From assembly GCA_963718915.1 (NCBI GenBank), contig CAVRAI010000003.1, forward strand, positions 270,001 to 302,000: a DNA stretch of 32,000 bases. The letters run 5' to 3'. This DNA comes from an uncultured Chloroflexia bacterium. Lineage in GTDB: Bacteria > Chloroflexota > Ktedonobacteria > Ktedonobacterales > JADMIN01. Below are positions 7,777-16,163 of this stretch, in pieces (within the stretch, counting starts at the first letter, position 1; every line of letters begins with the position of its first letter). The translations under genes were made by a program, and so were the position numbers. The notes under the pieces were generated by a model that saw nothing but the letters and a program-made list of their open reading frames with translations, was not told the DNA's origin and ran no database searches.

Positions 7777-8148
7777 ATGAACAGCGGACTTCAGTTTATT
7801 GTACGCCACGTGGCCAATATCGACGCCGCTCGCGCCTTCTACACCGAGAAGATGGGGTTCGAGATAGCGGCTGAGCAGCCAGGTTTCGTCCAGTTCAAGG
7901 CGCCCGATGGCGCGCCCTTCGCCGTCAGTCTGGCGAGCGCCGACCCGGTGGCGGCGGAACTGCCGGGCGGGCAGTCTGAATCGCTCGAGCTGTGGTGGTA
8001 TGTGGATGACGCCGACGCTGCCTATGCCGAACTGCAAGCGAAGGACGTCGAGATCGTTTTTCCGCCGAAGGATTTGCCGTTCGGGCGCGCCTTCGCCATC
8101 AAAGACCCGACTGGCGCCTACAGCTTCATCTTGCAGCCACCACGCTAA
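7777..8148 (+). CDS. VOC-family protein (glyoxalase / bleomycin-resistance fold)
   Basis: Start at MNSGLQFIVRHV (ATG 7777, GGAAGGAA upstream). It has the family pattern: HV.NIDAARAFYTEKMGFE near the N-terminus and a FGRAFAIKDPTG C-terminal beta-hairpin. About 123 aa. Confidence 0.8.
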   Translation: MNSGLQFIVRHVANIDAARAFYTEKMGFEIAAEQPGFVQFKAPDGAPFAVSLASADPVAAELPGGQSESLELWWYVDDADAAYAELQAKDVEIVFPPKDLPFGRAFAIKDPTGAYSFILQPPR

Positions 8149-8225
8149 CCTCACGCCCACCGCTGGCATTTCTCCCCGCGCCGCGAGCACATCTTCGGCC
8201 GGGGAGGCTACCCAAAGGAGTCCTC

Positions 8226-9155
8226 ATGCCGCAGTTAATCGCGCGTCCAGCCACGCATTTCACCGAGGGCGCATTGACCCCACACGCGCCGTTCGACTTC
8301 GCCCAGGCGCTGCGGTTCGTCGGGGCGTTCACCCCCGTCGCGGGCGAGCAGACCACCGTTGGCGGGGCGCTACGCAAAGCGGTGATGATCCAGCGGAGGC
8401 CCGTGGTGTTTACCGTGCGCTCGACTGGCAGCATCGAGCAGCCACTCCTGGACTATACGCTCGCCACCGCCGCGCCAATCACTGAGGAGATCGAACGCGC
8501 CGCCGTGGACCGCATCCGCTTCTACCTCAGCCTCGACGACGACCTTCAGCCGTTCTATGCGACTGCGCAGGCCAGTGATCCCACATTTCAGCCGACGCTG
8601 CGGCGCCTCTACGGGTTTCATCAGGTGAAGTTCCTGACGCCGTTCGAGAACGCCTGCTGGGCGGTGCTGACTCAGCGCACGCCGATGGGTGTCGCGCATG
8701 CGCTCAAGCGGGCGCTGGTCACGCGCTACGGTGGTTCGCTCACCGTCGAAGGCAAGGAGTACTGGGCGTTCCCGGAGGCGGAGGCGCTGGCCACGGCTGG
8801 GCGTGATGAGCTGGCGGCGCTGCTGCGTCACGAGCGCAAGGGCGCCTACCTGCACGTCGTCGCCGAGGCGTTCGCCGCCGTAGACGAAGATTGGCTGCGT
8901 GCGGGCGACTACGAGCAGGTGCGCGAGTGGCTGCTGGCAATTGACGGCATCGGCGCGTGGTCCGCCAACTTTGTGCTAATTCGCGGGCTGGGCCGGATGG
9001 ACGCGATAGCCACGCCAGAGAAAGAGCTACTCGCCGCCGCCCGTGGGGTCTATGGGCAGGAGACGACACCCGAAGCGCTGAGCCGCCTGGCGCAGGAGGT
9101 CTACGGCGAGAACGCGGGCTACTGGTCGTATTATCTGCGCAACGTCGAGCGCTGA
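8226..9155 (+). CDS. AlkA-like DNA glycosylase (HhH-GPD superfamily)
   Basis: The N-terminal AlkA-type domain is followed by the helix-hairpin-helix segment LLAIDGIGAWSANFVLIRGLGRMDAI. The size (309 aa) fits the DNA-3-methyladenine glycosylase II family. Confidence 0.75.
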   Translation: MPQLIARPATHFTEGALTPHAPFDFAQALRFVGAFTPVAGEQTTVGGALRKAVMIQRRPVVFTVRSTGSIEQPLLDYTLATAAPITEEIERAAVDRIRFYLSLDDDLQPFYATAQASDPTFQPTLRRLYGFHQVKFLTPFENACWAVLTQRTPMGVAHALKRALVTRYGGSLTVEGKEYWAFPEAEALATAGRDELAALLRHERKGAYLHVVAEAFAAVDEDWLRAGDYEQVREWLLAIDGIGAWSANFVLIRGLGRMDAIATPEKELLAAARGVYGQETTPEALSRLAQEVYGENAGYWSYYLRNVER

Positions 9156-9167
9156 GACGCGGGCTGC

Positions 9168-10196
9168 CTACGCTCGTTCGCCCTCAATCAGCGACTCCGT
9201 ACCGGCGGGGATGATGCGCGTCATCCTCAGCCCGGCAGCCGCAAACAGACGCCTAAATTCCTCAGCGGTGCGCTCGCGCCCGCCATTCATCACAAACATC
9301 ACCAGGTCGAGGAATTTCGCTGGGGACGGGTCGTTGCCCGGCTCGATGACGCTCTCGATCACCAGCGCCCTGCCACCAGGCGCCATCGCCTCGGCGCAAC
9401 TGCGCAGAATCGCTATGCTGTGTTCGTCGTCCCAATCGTGGAGAATGTGCCGCAGGGTGTAGGTATCAGCAGATGGCACGGAGGCGAAAAAGTCACCGCT
9501 CGCAAGCTCGCAGCGATCAGCGACACCCGCCGCCTCCAGCAGCGGCAGCGCACCTGCCACGACATGCGGCTGATCGAAGAGAACGCCACGCAGGTTGGGA
9601 TTCGCGCGCAAGATTGCCGCGATCAGCACACCCTGACCACCAGCGATATCCACGACCGTGCCCGCCGTCGCGAAGTCGTATGCGCCGACGATTGCCACTG
9701 CCGCCTGCCGCGAGCTTGCGCTCATCGCCTGATTGAAGGACGCATTCGACTCTGGATGCTGCGCAAGGTACTGGAAATGTGGCGCGCCAAATACCTGCTC
9801 GAAGGCGTTCGCGCCGGACATCACGCTGGGCAGCAGTTGTCCCCATGCCCGATAGGGTTCGTAGCCAAGGTGGATTACCTGCGCGCGAATAGAATATGGG
9901 TGGTCTTGTTGCAGCAGCGTGGCCATCGGCGTCAGGGTAAAGTGTCGCTCCATGGTCTCCGCGAAGACACCGAGGCTCGCCAACGCGCGCATCACACGAT
10001 AGAGCGCATCAGCGTTCGCTCCAGTTGTCGCCGCCAGCTCATCAACCGGCTTTGGCCCATCGGCGAGCAGATCCGCCAGGCCTAGACTGGCCGCCACATA
10101 GAGTGTCTGTGACACCCGGTAGCCTTGCCATAGCTGTTGCAGCCGCTGCAAGTCTGACTGCGATGCTTCGGTGACGCTGGCCGTCTCGTCGCTCAT
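9168..10196 (-). CDS. Class I SAM-dependent O-methyltransferase (dimerisation domain plus Methyltransf_2-type)
   Basis: True start at MSDETASV (ATG 10196, GGGGGTGA upstream). N-terminal winged-helix dimerisation region (LGLADLLADGPKPVDELA). SAM motif VVDIAGGQG. Catalytic-region motif LRHILHDWDDE. Confidence 0.85.
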   Translation of the reverse strand: MSDETASVTEASQSDLQRLQQLWQGYRVSQTLYVAASLGLADLLADGPKPVDELAATTGANADALYRVMRALASLGVFAETMERHFTLTPMATLLQQDHPYSIRAQVIHLGYEPYRAWGQLLPSVMSGANAFEQVFGAPHFQYLAQHPESNASFNQAMSASSRQAAVAIVGAYDFATAGTVVDIAGGQGVLIAAILRANPNLRGVLFDQPHVVAGALPLLEAAGVADRCELASGDFFASVPSADTYTLRHILHDWDDEHSIAILRSCAEAMAPGGRALVIESVIEPGNDPSPAKFLDLVMFVMNGGRERTAEEFRRLFAAAGLRMTRIIPAGTESLIEGERA

Positions 10197-10408
10197 GGCG
10201 CAATCACCCCCTGGTCGTCGTCTCATAGACGCTGCTACGTGTTGAGCATACCATGATGCGATTGATGTGTCTGTACGCCATTCCACATAGGCCTCATCTG
10301 GATTGCTGTGAAGACAGTTGTCCGCTTTCCAGCGCACTGTGCGTTATATCACCAGATACGGCGAGGGACTGCGACGGGCGCTCGTAGAGTGGCATGGCGT
10401 GAGAGGCT

Positions 10409-10993
10409 ATGGGAATGACCAATATCGCGGCGGCGGATGAGTTGAGCCAGATTCGCCGCGCCGCCACGGGCGATCACACGGCCTTCGCGATGCTGGTGCG
10501 GCGTTATGAAGCGCGCATAGGCGCCTACCTGCGCCAGACAGTCGGAGACGCCGACCTCGCCAGCGACCTCGCCCAGGAGACCTTTCTCGCCGCCTATCAG
10601 GCGCTCCCGCGCTGGCAGCCGCCGCTACCAGACCCCACAAGCCGGACGACTGACCTGCTCTCGCCGTGGCTCTATCGCATCGCCACCAATCATGCTATCT
10701 CCGCGCTACGGCGCCAGACCATGTCAGCGCGGAAAACGCTACCCGCACCCGCGCCGGGAAGCCCTTCGCTCGAAGACACCGTGATTGGCCGCGAGTTGCT
10801 GCGCGCCGCGCTCGCTACGCTGGATGCGGATGACGCCGCCTGTCTCGTGCTGCACTATGTCGCCGGTGAGCGCTATGGCGAGATCGCCGCGCGGCTGGGC
10901 ATATCCAGCGAGGCGGTACGCAAGCGAGTCGGGCGCGCGCTCTCATCCCTGCGCCGGGCCTATGCCGCGCTGGAAACCGAGGCACAGCCATGA
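10409..10993 (+). CDS. ECF-type RNA polymerase sigma-70 family factor
   Basis: Region 2 (FAMLVRRYEARIGAYL...DLAQETFLAAY, WLYRIATNHAIS) and region 4 HTH (ERYGEIAARLGISSEAVRKRVGRA). Its stop overlaps the downstream anti-sigma start (ATGA at 10990). Confidence 0.9.
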   Translation: MGMTNIAAADELSQIRRAATGDHTAFAMLVRRYEARIGAYLRQTVGDADLASDLAQETFLAAYQALPRWQPPLPDPTSRTTDLLSPWLYRIATNHAISALRRQTMSARKTLPAPAPGSPSLEDTVIGRELLRAALATLDADDAACLVLHYVAGERYGEIAARLGISSEAVRKRVGRALSSLRRAYAALETEAQP

Positions 10994-12534
10994 GCAACGA
11001 TCCTGAGACGCCGAACACGAGCCGGGCAGAAGCCGCGCCGCACCTGAGCGACGAGCTGCTGGCAGCCTGGATGGCCAATGAGTTAGGGTACGACGAGTAC
11101 CGCGCGGTACAACACCATCTGGAGTCCTGCGCGTACTGTCAGCGGGCGCTGGCCGAGACGCGGCGTATCCGGTCGCTGGCGATGGCGGCAGGTAGTACGC
11201 TGCCCACGGCGACCCCATCGGTGGCGGAGCGTGTGCTGGCGCGGCTGCCAGATCATTCCCACGAAGATATCCTGCCTCTCAGCATGGTCTCCCACTCAGG
11301 GGACGGGAACGCCGCGCGCGCCAGGAGCCATCAGCGGCGCGATCTCTGGCGGCGGTTGGGTGCGCTGGCGGCCGTGCTGCTGCTGATCGCCTCCAGCGCG
11401 CTGCTCTTCAGCCGGATTAGCCCGCGCGGCCAGACCAATAGACCAACGCCAACCGCCACGCCAGCGATAACGCCTACGGTTCCCTATCTGGGGAACTGGG
11501 CTGAGGTGGTCCCTGCCCAGGCGACCATTCTGGATGTGGCGGTCGTTAGCCAGAATGACATTTGGGCGACCGGGCTGGCCGGAACCGATCACGGCGTCGA
11601 GACACTGCTGATGCACTATGATGGCGCACGCTGGCAGGTCAGTCCCGATACCTTCGACGGGGCGCAACTCTACAGCATCTCGATGGTCTCCGCCACCGAT
11701 GGCTGGGCATCTGGCTCCATGAATGGCACGCCGTTCATGCTCCACTACACCGACGGACACTGGCGCGACGCAACGGCAACAATAGACACCAGCGCGCTCC
11801 GGGATCACAAGATCATCCTTACCAACGTGCGGATGGCCACAGCGACATCGGGCTGGGCGCTGGGACAGAGCGACCAGGCGCCTCAGCATTCGACGCAGAT
11901 TCTGCAATATCTGAAGGTAGGATCCACGTACCGGTGGGAACCAACCGAATCGCTCGAAAATGTAACCCTCAATGCGCTCGCGGTGGTCTCCGATCATGAG
12001 GCGTGGATGGTTGGCCAGAATGGCCTGAAGATTATCATTGTGCGCGTGACGATCACCCACCTGAACAATGACCCTAACGCTATTGTTACGAACTGGTCTA
12101 CCAATAGCTGGGATAATCTCGGCGCTGGCAACCTGACCAGTGTGAGCATGCGCTCGTCCACGGACGGCTGGGCCGGGGGAAGTGGGGACGTTGGCGAAGG
12201 TGTAGTGTTCCACTGGGATGGCGCCCAGTGGACGCAGGTTGGCGTGCCGTCGATAGTAGAACAGCCAGGTACCGTTCAGGGCATCATCGCGAACGCGGCG
12301 AACGCGGCCTGGGTCTACGGCGAATTTCCTGGCTCGCACGCATCGTACCTGTACTCCATCGCGGACGGCCACTGGACTGACCATCAGTTCTCGCCATCGA
12401 TGGACTCGCATCTTGTGACCGGCGCGGCAATCTCGCCAACGGTTCTGCTGGCGATCACCGATGGCGCCACTGACTATGGCGCGAATCCGAAGCCGCAAAC
12501 CTTCGATCTGGGGCAGGGGAGCGCTATCCCCTGA
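10990..12534 (+). CDS. Anti-sigma factor: zf-HC2 domain, single TM, extracytoplasmic beta-propeller-like repeats
   Basis: Hx3Cx2C motif in HHLESCAYCQ. TM segment LGALAAVLLLIASSALLF. At least six repeats of the (D/S/E)xW(A)xG...(Y/W)DGxxW type: DIWATG, DGWASG, SGWALG, EAWMVG, DGWAGG, AAWVYG. Translationally coupled to the ECF sigma. Confidence 0.75.
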   Translation: MSNDPETPNTSRAEAAPHLSDELLAAWMANELGYDEYRAVQHHLESCAYCQRALAETRRIRSLAMAAGSTLPTATPSVAERVLARLPDHSHEDILPLSMVSHSGDGNAARARSHQRRDLWRRLGALAAVLLLIASSALLFSRISPRGQTNRPTPTATPAITPTVPYLGNWAEVVPAQATILDVAVVSQNDIWATGLAGTDHGVETLLMHYDGARWQVSPDTFDGAQLYSISMVSATDGWASGSMNGTPFMLHYTDGHWRDATATIDTSALRDHKIILTNVRMATATSGWALGQSDQAPQHSTQILQYLKVGSTYRWEPTESLENVTLNALAVVSDHEAWMVGQNGLKIIIVRVTITHLNNDPNAIVTNWSTNSWDNLGAGNLTSVSMRSSTDGWAGGSGDVGEGVVFHWDGAQWTQVGVPSIVEQPGTVQGIIANAANAAWVYGEFPGSHASYLYSIADGHWTDHQFSPSMDSHLVTGAAISPTVLLAITDGATDYGANPKPQTFDLGQGSAIP

Positions 12535-12616
12535 GCAGGCCGTAGCATAAACACTACAGCGAATTTCTCGCCTGATTCGCCGGGGCCTTCAGGCTCCGGC
12601 AAGCGTACGATGACGG
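12535..12616 (+). repeat. Intergenic hairpin repeat, family 2, copy 1 (degenerate stem)
   Basis: gcaggccgtagcataaacactacagcgaatttctcgcctgattcgccggggccttcaggctccggcaagcgtacgatgacgg. It starts right after the anti-sigma stop codon and aligns with the copies at 12642, 18127(-) and 26947. Confidence 0.75.
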
Positions 12617-12641
12617 AAACGCAATGGCGAAGCGGGAAACT

Positions 12642-12712
12642 GGGGTGGGCAGGCCGTAGCGTAAACGCTACGGCGAATTTTCCGGCCCATTCGCCGGGGC
12701 CTTCAGGCTCCG
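12642..12712 (+). repeat. Intergenic hairpin repeat, family 2, copy 2
   Basis: ggggtgggcaggCCGTAGCGtaaaCGCTACGGcgaattttccggcccattcgccggggccttcaggctccg. It has a perfect 8-bp stem with a TAAA loop. Confidence 0.8.
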
Positions 12713-12782
12713 TCTCGCTCGCCCCAGAAGACGGTACAGGGTTCAAACTCAACGTTCATTCAACACCCTGTGCAGATCCCCA

Positions 12783-14414
12783 TTAGCGATGGAGCGAGGC
12801 GCGCAGGTCCGCGATATCCTGGCGGGTCTGCCGATCCTCGGCGATTGCCTTCGCCACGCGCGCGCAGCCGTGCATGATGGTGGTGTGGTCGCGGCCACCA
12901 AGCTGGCGGCCAATGGCGAAGAGCGAGGCGTCGGTTTCCTCACGCAAGAGATGCATCGCCACCTGACGCGCCCAGGCAATCTGATGGTTGCGCGATTTGC
13001 CGCGCAGGTCATCCACCGTCACCGCGAAGTGGCGCGCCACCGCCGCCAGCGCCGTCTCCGCGCTCGGGCGTTCCGGCCCGCTGACTGGCTCCCCAGCGAT
13101 AGGGGCGAGCGCCAGGCGCACCATCTCGCCCTCGATGGGCTGCCCGAGCATCTGCGCATAGGCGGCGACGCGGGTGAGCGCCCCCTCCAGCTCGCGCACG
13201 CTCTCACAGTGCAGCGCGGCCAGCGCGGCCAGCGCCTCCTCAGGGATCGCAAGCTGGAGCGCGGTTGTCCTGGCGCGCAGAATAGCATGGCGGTGGGCGT
13301 AGTCTGGCGGCTGGATATCGGCGATCAGTCCCCAGGCGAAGCGCGAGCGCAGCCGGTCGTGCAGATGATGCATCGCCTGCGGCACGCAATCGCTGGTCAG
13401 CACGATCTGCTTGTTGGCTTCGTGCAGCGCATTGAAAGTATGGAAGAACTCTTCCTCGGTGGACTCTTTGCCCGCGATGAACTGCACATCGTCCACCAGC
13501 AACACATCCACGGCGCGGTAGCGGGCGCGGAAGAGATCGGTGGTGCGGCTGCGGATTGCTCCGATGATTTCGTTGGTGAACCGCTCCGCCGTCACGTAGG
13601 CCACCGTGAGGCCACGAGAGAGCGCGCTCTGCCCAATCGCGTGCAGCAGGTGCGTCTTGCCCAGACCGACGCCGCCATAGATGAGCAGCGGATTGTAGCT
13701 CTGGCCGGGATCAGTGGCCACCTGCCTCGCCGCGGCATACGCCAGCTGGTTTGGCAGCCCGACCACAAACGTCTCGAAGACGTAGCGCGGGTTAAGCACG
13801 TGCGAGACGCCAGCGGCATCGGGCATCAGCAGTGGCGTGGGATGCATCGCGCGCGCTGGCTCCGGCTGCGCCAATGGGAGTGGGGACTGCGCGGCGGCGG
13901 GTTCGCTGCCATCGGCGGGACTGGGATGCGCGCGCGCGACGGCGGCGCTCTGGCGGGCCGTCCAGGCGGGGGAGCGTCCGCGTGAGGGGCGGCGCGCGGG
14001 CATTGCGCGTGGAGCGACAGGCGGCGATGGTGGTGTCGTCGTGGGTGGAGTGGTGGGATACGGCGCGGCGCGGTGATCGTGTAACACAAAGTCGACCTCA
14101 GCCGCGCGACCCAGCGCCTCGCTGACGGCGGCGCGTGTCACATCGAGGAAGCGCTGGCGCAGGTGCTCGCAGGCAAAGGTGTTGGCGACACCAACTACCA
14201 GCGTATCCTGGGTAAACTCGAGGGCCAGGGCGCCGTGGAACCAGGTTGAATAGGCGCCAGCAGAGACCCGCCGAGCAATTCGCTCGAGCGCGGCCTGCCA
14301 GAGTTGTCGCGCATCCACAGATGCGCCACCGCCCGGATGATTCCGCCCCATGATCGCCGCTCTCCCATGACACGCGGATTGGCCCTCGATCTCCTCGGTA
14401 GCCTGCCCGCTCAC
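12783..14414 (-). CDS. dnaA: Chromosomal replication initiator protein DnaA
   Basis: Domain I (LWQAALERIARRVSAGAYSTWF). A long Pro/Ala-rich linker. AAA+ Walker A (GGVGLGKTHLLHAIG) and Walker B (LLVDDVQF). C-terminal DnaA-box-binding HTH (IAWARQVAMHLLRE...SLFAIGRQLGGRDHTTIMHG). The start is 14414 or the internal ATG at 14351. Confidence 0.95.
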   Translation of the reverse strand: MSGQATEEIEGQSACHGRAAIMGRNHPGGGASVDARQLWQAALERIARRVSAGAYSTWFHGALALEFTQDTLVVGVANTFACEHLRQRFLDVTRAAVSEALGRAAEVDFVLHDHRAAPYPTTPPTTTPPSPPVAPRAMPARRPSRGRSPAWTARQSAAVARAHPSPADGSEPAAAQSPLPLAQPEPARAMHPTPLLMPDAAGVSHVLNPRYVFETFVVGLPNQLAYAAARQVATDPGQSYNPLLIYGGVGLGKTHLLHAIGQSALSRGLTVAYVTAERFTNEIIGAIRSRTTDLFRARYRAVDVLLVDDVQFIAGKESTEEEFFHTFNALHEANKQIVLTSDCVPQAMHHLHDRLRSRFAWGLIADIQPPDYAHRHAILRARTTALQLAIPEEALAALAALHCESVRELEGALTRVAAYAQMLGQPIEGEMVRLALAPIAGEPVSGPERPSAETALAAVARHFAVTVDDLRGKSRNHQIAWARQVAMHLLREETDASLFAIGRQLGGRDHTTIMHGCARVAKAIAEDRQTRQDIADLRASLHR

Positions 14415-14542
14415 CCTTGATATCCTACACGATATCCTATCGACCGCGTGCGTTATGCCACGTGGCGCTTCCCTGCCTGTTCTCCGACTGATGTCGCCGC
14501 ACTATCGTTGTGATCGCTGCTTTGGTGTGTTGCCGCAGGAAC

Positions 14543-14712
14543 GCGGGCGGTTAAAACCGCGCCTGAAGGGCCTCGCTCCGCTCCGCCACAAAACCCGCCG
14601 CCGCGGGTTGCAGAGATCCGCGCGCCAGCGGGTATCCCGTTGGGTGCGGTCTGGGCAGTCCGCGCAGGCGGACTTGGTGGCCGCAGGCCCTTCAGGCGCG
14701 ACTTCAGTCGCC
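14543..14712. repeat. About 170-bp palindromic MITE-like element, family 1, copy A (right end degenerate)
   Basis: It begins gcgggcggttaaaaccgcgcctgaagggcc and ends ggcccttcaggcgcgacttcagtcgcc. Its arms match the reverse complement of copy B's arms at 21661-21836. It lies in the dnaA upstream region. Confidence 0.75.
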
Positions 14713-14982
14713 AGCCGCGCTCCCCAGAAAACAACGCGCCATGACGGAAATGCCACGCCAATTCCATGCCGCAACGATGCTTTTGCGCTGATGTATGTAT
14801 CTGACGAGTAGCGCGCTCGGACGGTTGCGGTTGTGCAACACGCCAATTTTCCAAGCGAACTCTAACCTCAACCTCAGCCAATCCTCAGGCAACTTCTCTA
14901 TGCTGCATATGTTATCACCGTCGGTACGCTGAGTGACCGGCAAGGTGCCGATTGAAGTCCACTTTTGAGGAGGTTCCGTCGC

Positions 14983-15300
14983 ATGAATCGTGGCAACAGG
15001 GATGCGTCTCGCCAGAAAAACACACTACGCGCCGTACTAGTACTTCTGATGCTTACCGCGCTCATCGTCTTCGCGGGGTGCGGCTTGCGGGGTCACAATG
15101 GCACGTCGAGCCAGCAGGGCCAGCAGACAACCAGCCAGCCGACCAGCTCAGGCCAGACGACCGGATCGAGCAGCGCGGCGCAGCAGATTCAGGATGCCGA
15201 CCAGCAGGTACAGAATGCGATGCAGGGCGCCGACGATGCACAGAACGACGCCAATAACGCCAATACACAGGCCGGGCAGGAAAACGACATCGTCCCCTAG
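14983..15300 (+). CDS. Small lipoprotein, Q/S/T/N-rich mature region
   Basis: Start at ATG 14983 (GAGGAGG 10 nt upstream). The signal peptide ends in the lipobox LIVFAGC. The mature part is low complexity (SSQQGQQTTSQPTSSGQTTGSSS...NDANNANTQ). Confidence 0.6.
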   Translation: MNRGNRDASRQKNTLRAVLVLLMLTALIVFAGCGLRGHNGTSSQQGQQTTSQPTSSGQTTGSSSAAQQIQDADQQVQNAMQGADDAQNDANNANTQAGQENDIVP

Positions 15301-15358
15301 CCTGAATACCTCAACATACCACGCATACGTGAGAAATTGAAAGATAGGGAGTTCATAA

Positions 15359-16153
15359 ATGCGCTTCATAACATTGCTTCGTTCCACTCCGCGCCGCCTG
15401 ATCGCGCTGGGTATGGCCGCCAGCATCGCCCTCGGAGGCGCTGGCGCGGCCACGGCGCTTGCCGCCCCTGCGCATGCCGCGCTGCCCACCTGCACCCGCA
15501 CCGATGTGAAATGCGTCATCGCGTTTGGTGACCAGCGCATCGACGAGCGCACCGCCGCACTCACCAAGCTCAACGATAAAGCTAATGCGCAGGTTGCCGC
15601 CGGGCGTATCACCAGCAGCCAGGCCAGCGCGATTCAGGCGGACGTGACGAGCAATCAGAGCGGGCTGACGGCACTCAAGAGCAAGCTCGACGCCGAGACC
15701 GACGCGATGGCTGCCCGCCAGGATGTGAAAAACATCTATACGCAGTTCCGCATCTTCGCGGTTGTGCTCCCACGTGACTATCACGAGATCGTTCTCGATA
15801 TCATGACGAACGTGCAGGCGAAGCTGGTGGGCCTCGAGCCGAAGCTCCAGCAGGCCATCGCGAGCGCGCCCGCTGGCGAACAGGCGCAACTGAACTCGCT
15901 CTATAGCGACTTCACGGCCAAGCTGGGCGCCGCCAGCACGCAGATTACGAACGCCAACGGGATGGTCTCGTACTTCACACCGGACAACTTCGATAACAAT
16001 CAGGCGACCTATCGCACGAACTGGCTGAACTTCCGCAGCGCCGAGATGGCGGGCCGCGCGGATCTGCGTCAGGCGGCGAGCGATCTGCATCAGATGGCGA
16101 AGATTCTGAAGCCATCCACGACGCCTGCGGCAACGGCGACGCCGACCGCGTAA
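15359..16153 (+). CDS. Secreted alpha-helical protein of unknown function
   Basis: Signal peptide MRFITLLRSTPRRLIALGMAASIALGGAGAATALAAPAHA. The remainder looks helical and ends in a TTPAATATPTA tail. A hairpin repeat and a terminator follow the gene. Confidence 0.6.
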   Translation: MRFITLLRSTPRRLIALGMAASIALGGAGAATALAAPAHAALPTCTRTDVKCVIAFGDQRIDERTAALTKLNDKANAQVAAGRITSSQASAIQADVTSNQSGLTALKSKLDAETDAMAARQDVKNIYTQFRIFAVVLPRDYHEIVLDIMTNVQAKLVGLEPKLQQAIASAPAGEQAQLNSLYSDFTAKLGAASTQITNANGMVSYFTPDNFDNNQATYRTNWLNFRSAEMAGRADLRQAASDLHQMAKILKPSTTPAATATPTA

Positions 16154-16163
16154 CCACACCCCA

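Noticed and set aside
10338-10408. Possible ECF-type autoregulatory promoter (GGGAC...CGTA) upstream of the sigma gene
   Set aside because: The spacing between the -35-like and -10-like elements is about 13 nt, too short for the usual 16-17 nt. Not convincing.
11296-12498. 400-aa minus-strand ORF opposite the anti-sigma factor. Similar shadows occur at 15353..16171, 5707..6435, 7537..8190, 2351..3094, 9420..10085, 17417..18109 and 20012..20833.
   Set aside because: Each lies opposite a gene with clear motifs or a signal peptide and has low-complexity Arg/Gly/Ala-rich content.
12735-12762. T-loop-like gggttcaaact, a possible tRNA fragment or att site downstream of dnaA
   Set aside because: No acceptor or anticodon arms can be folded around it. 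It does not match the 3' end of the tRNA-Leu at 3514-3595.
12789-13985. 398-aa + strand ORF opposite dnaA
   Set aside because: It is an antisense shadow of dnaA, a typical Arg/Gly-rich high-GC artefact.
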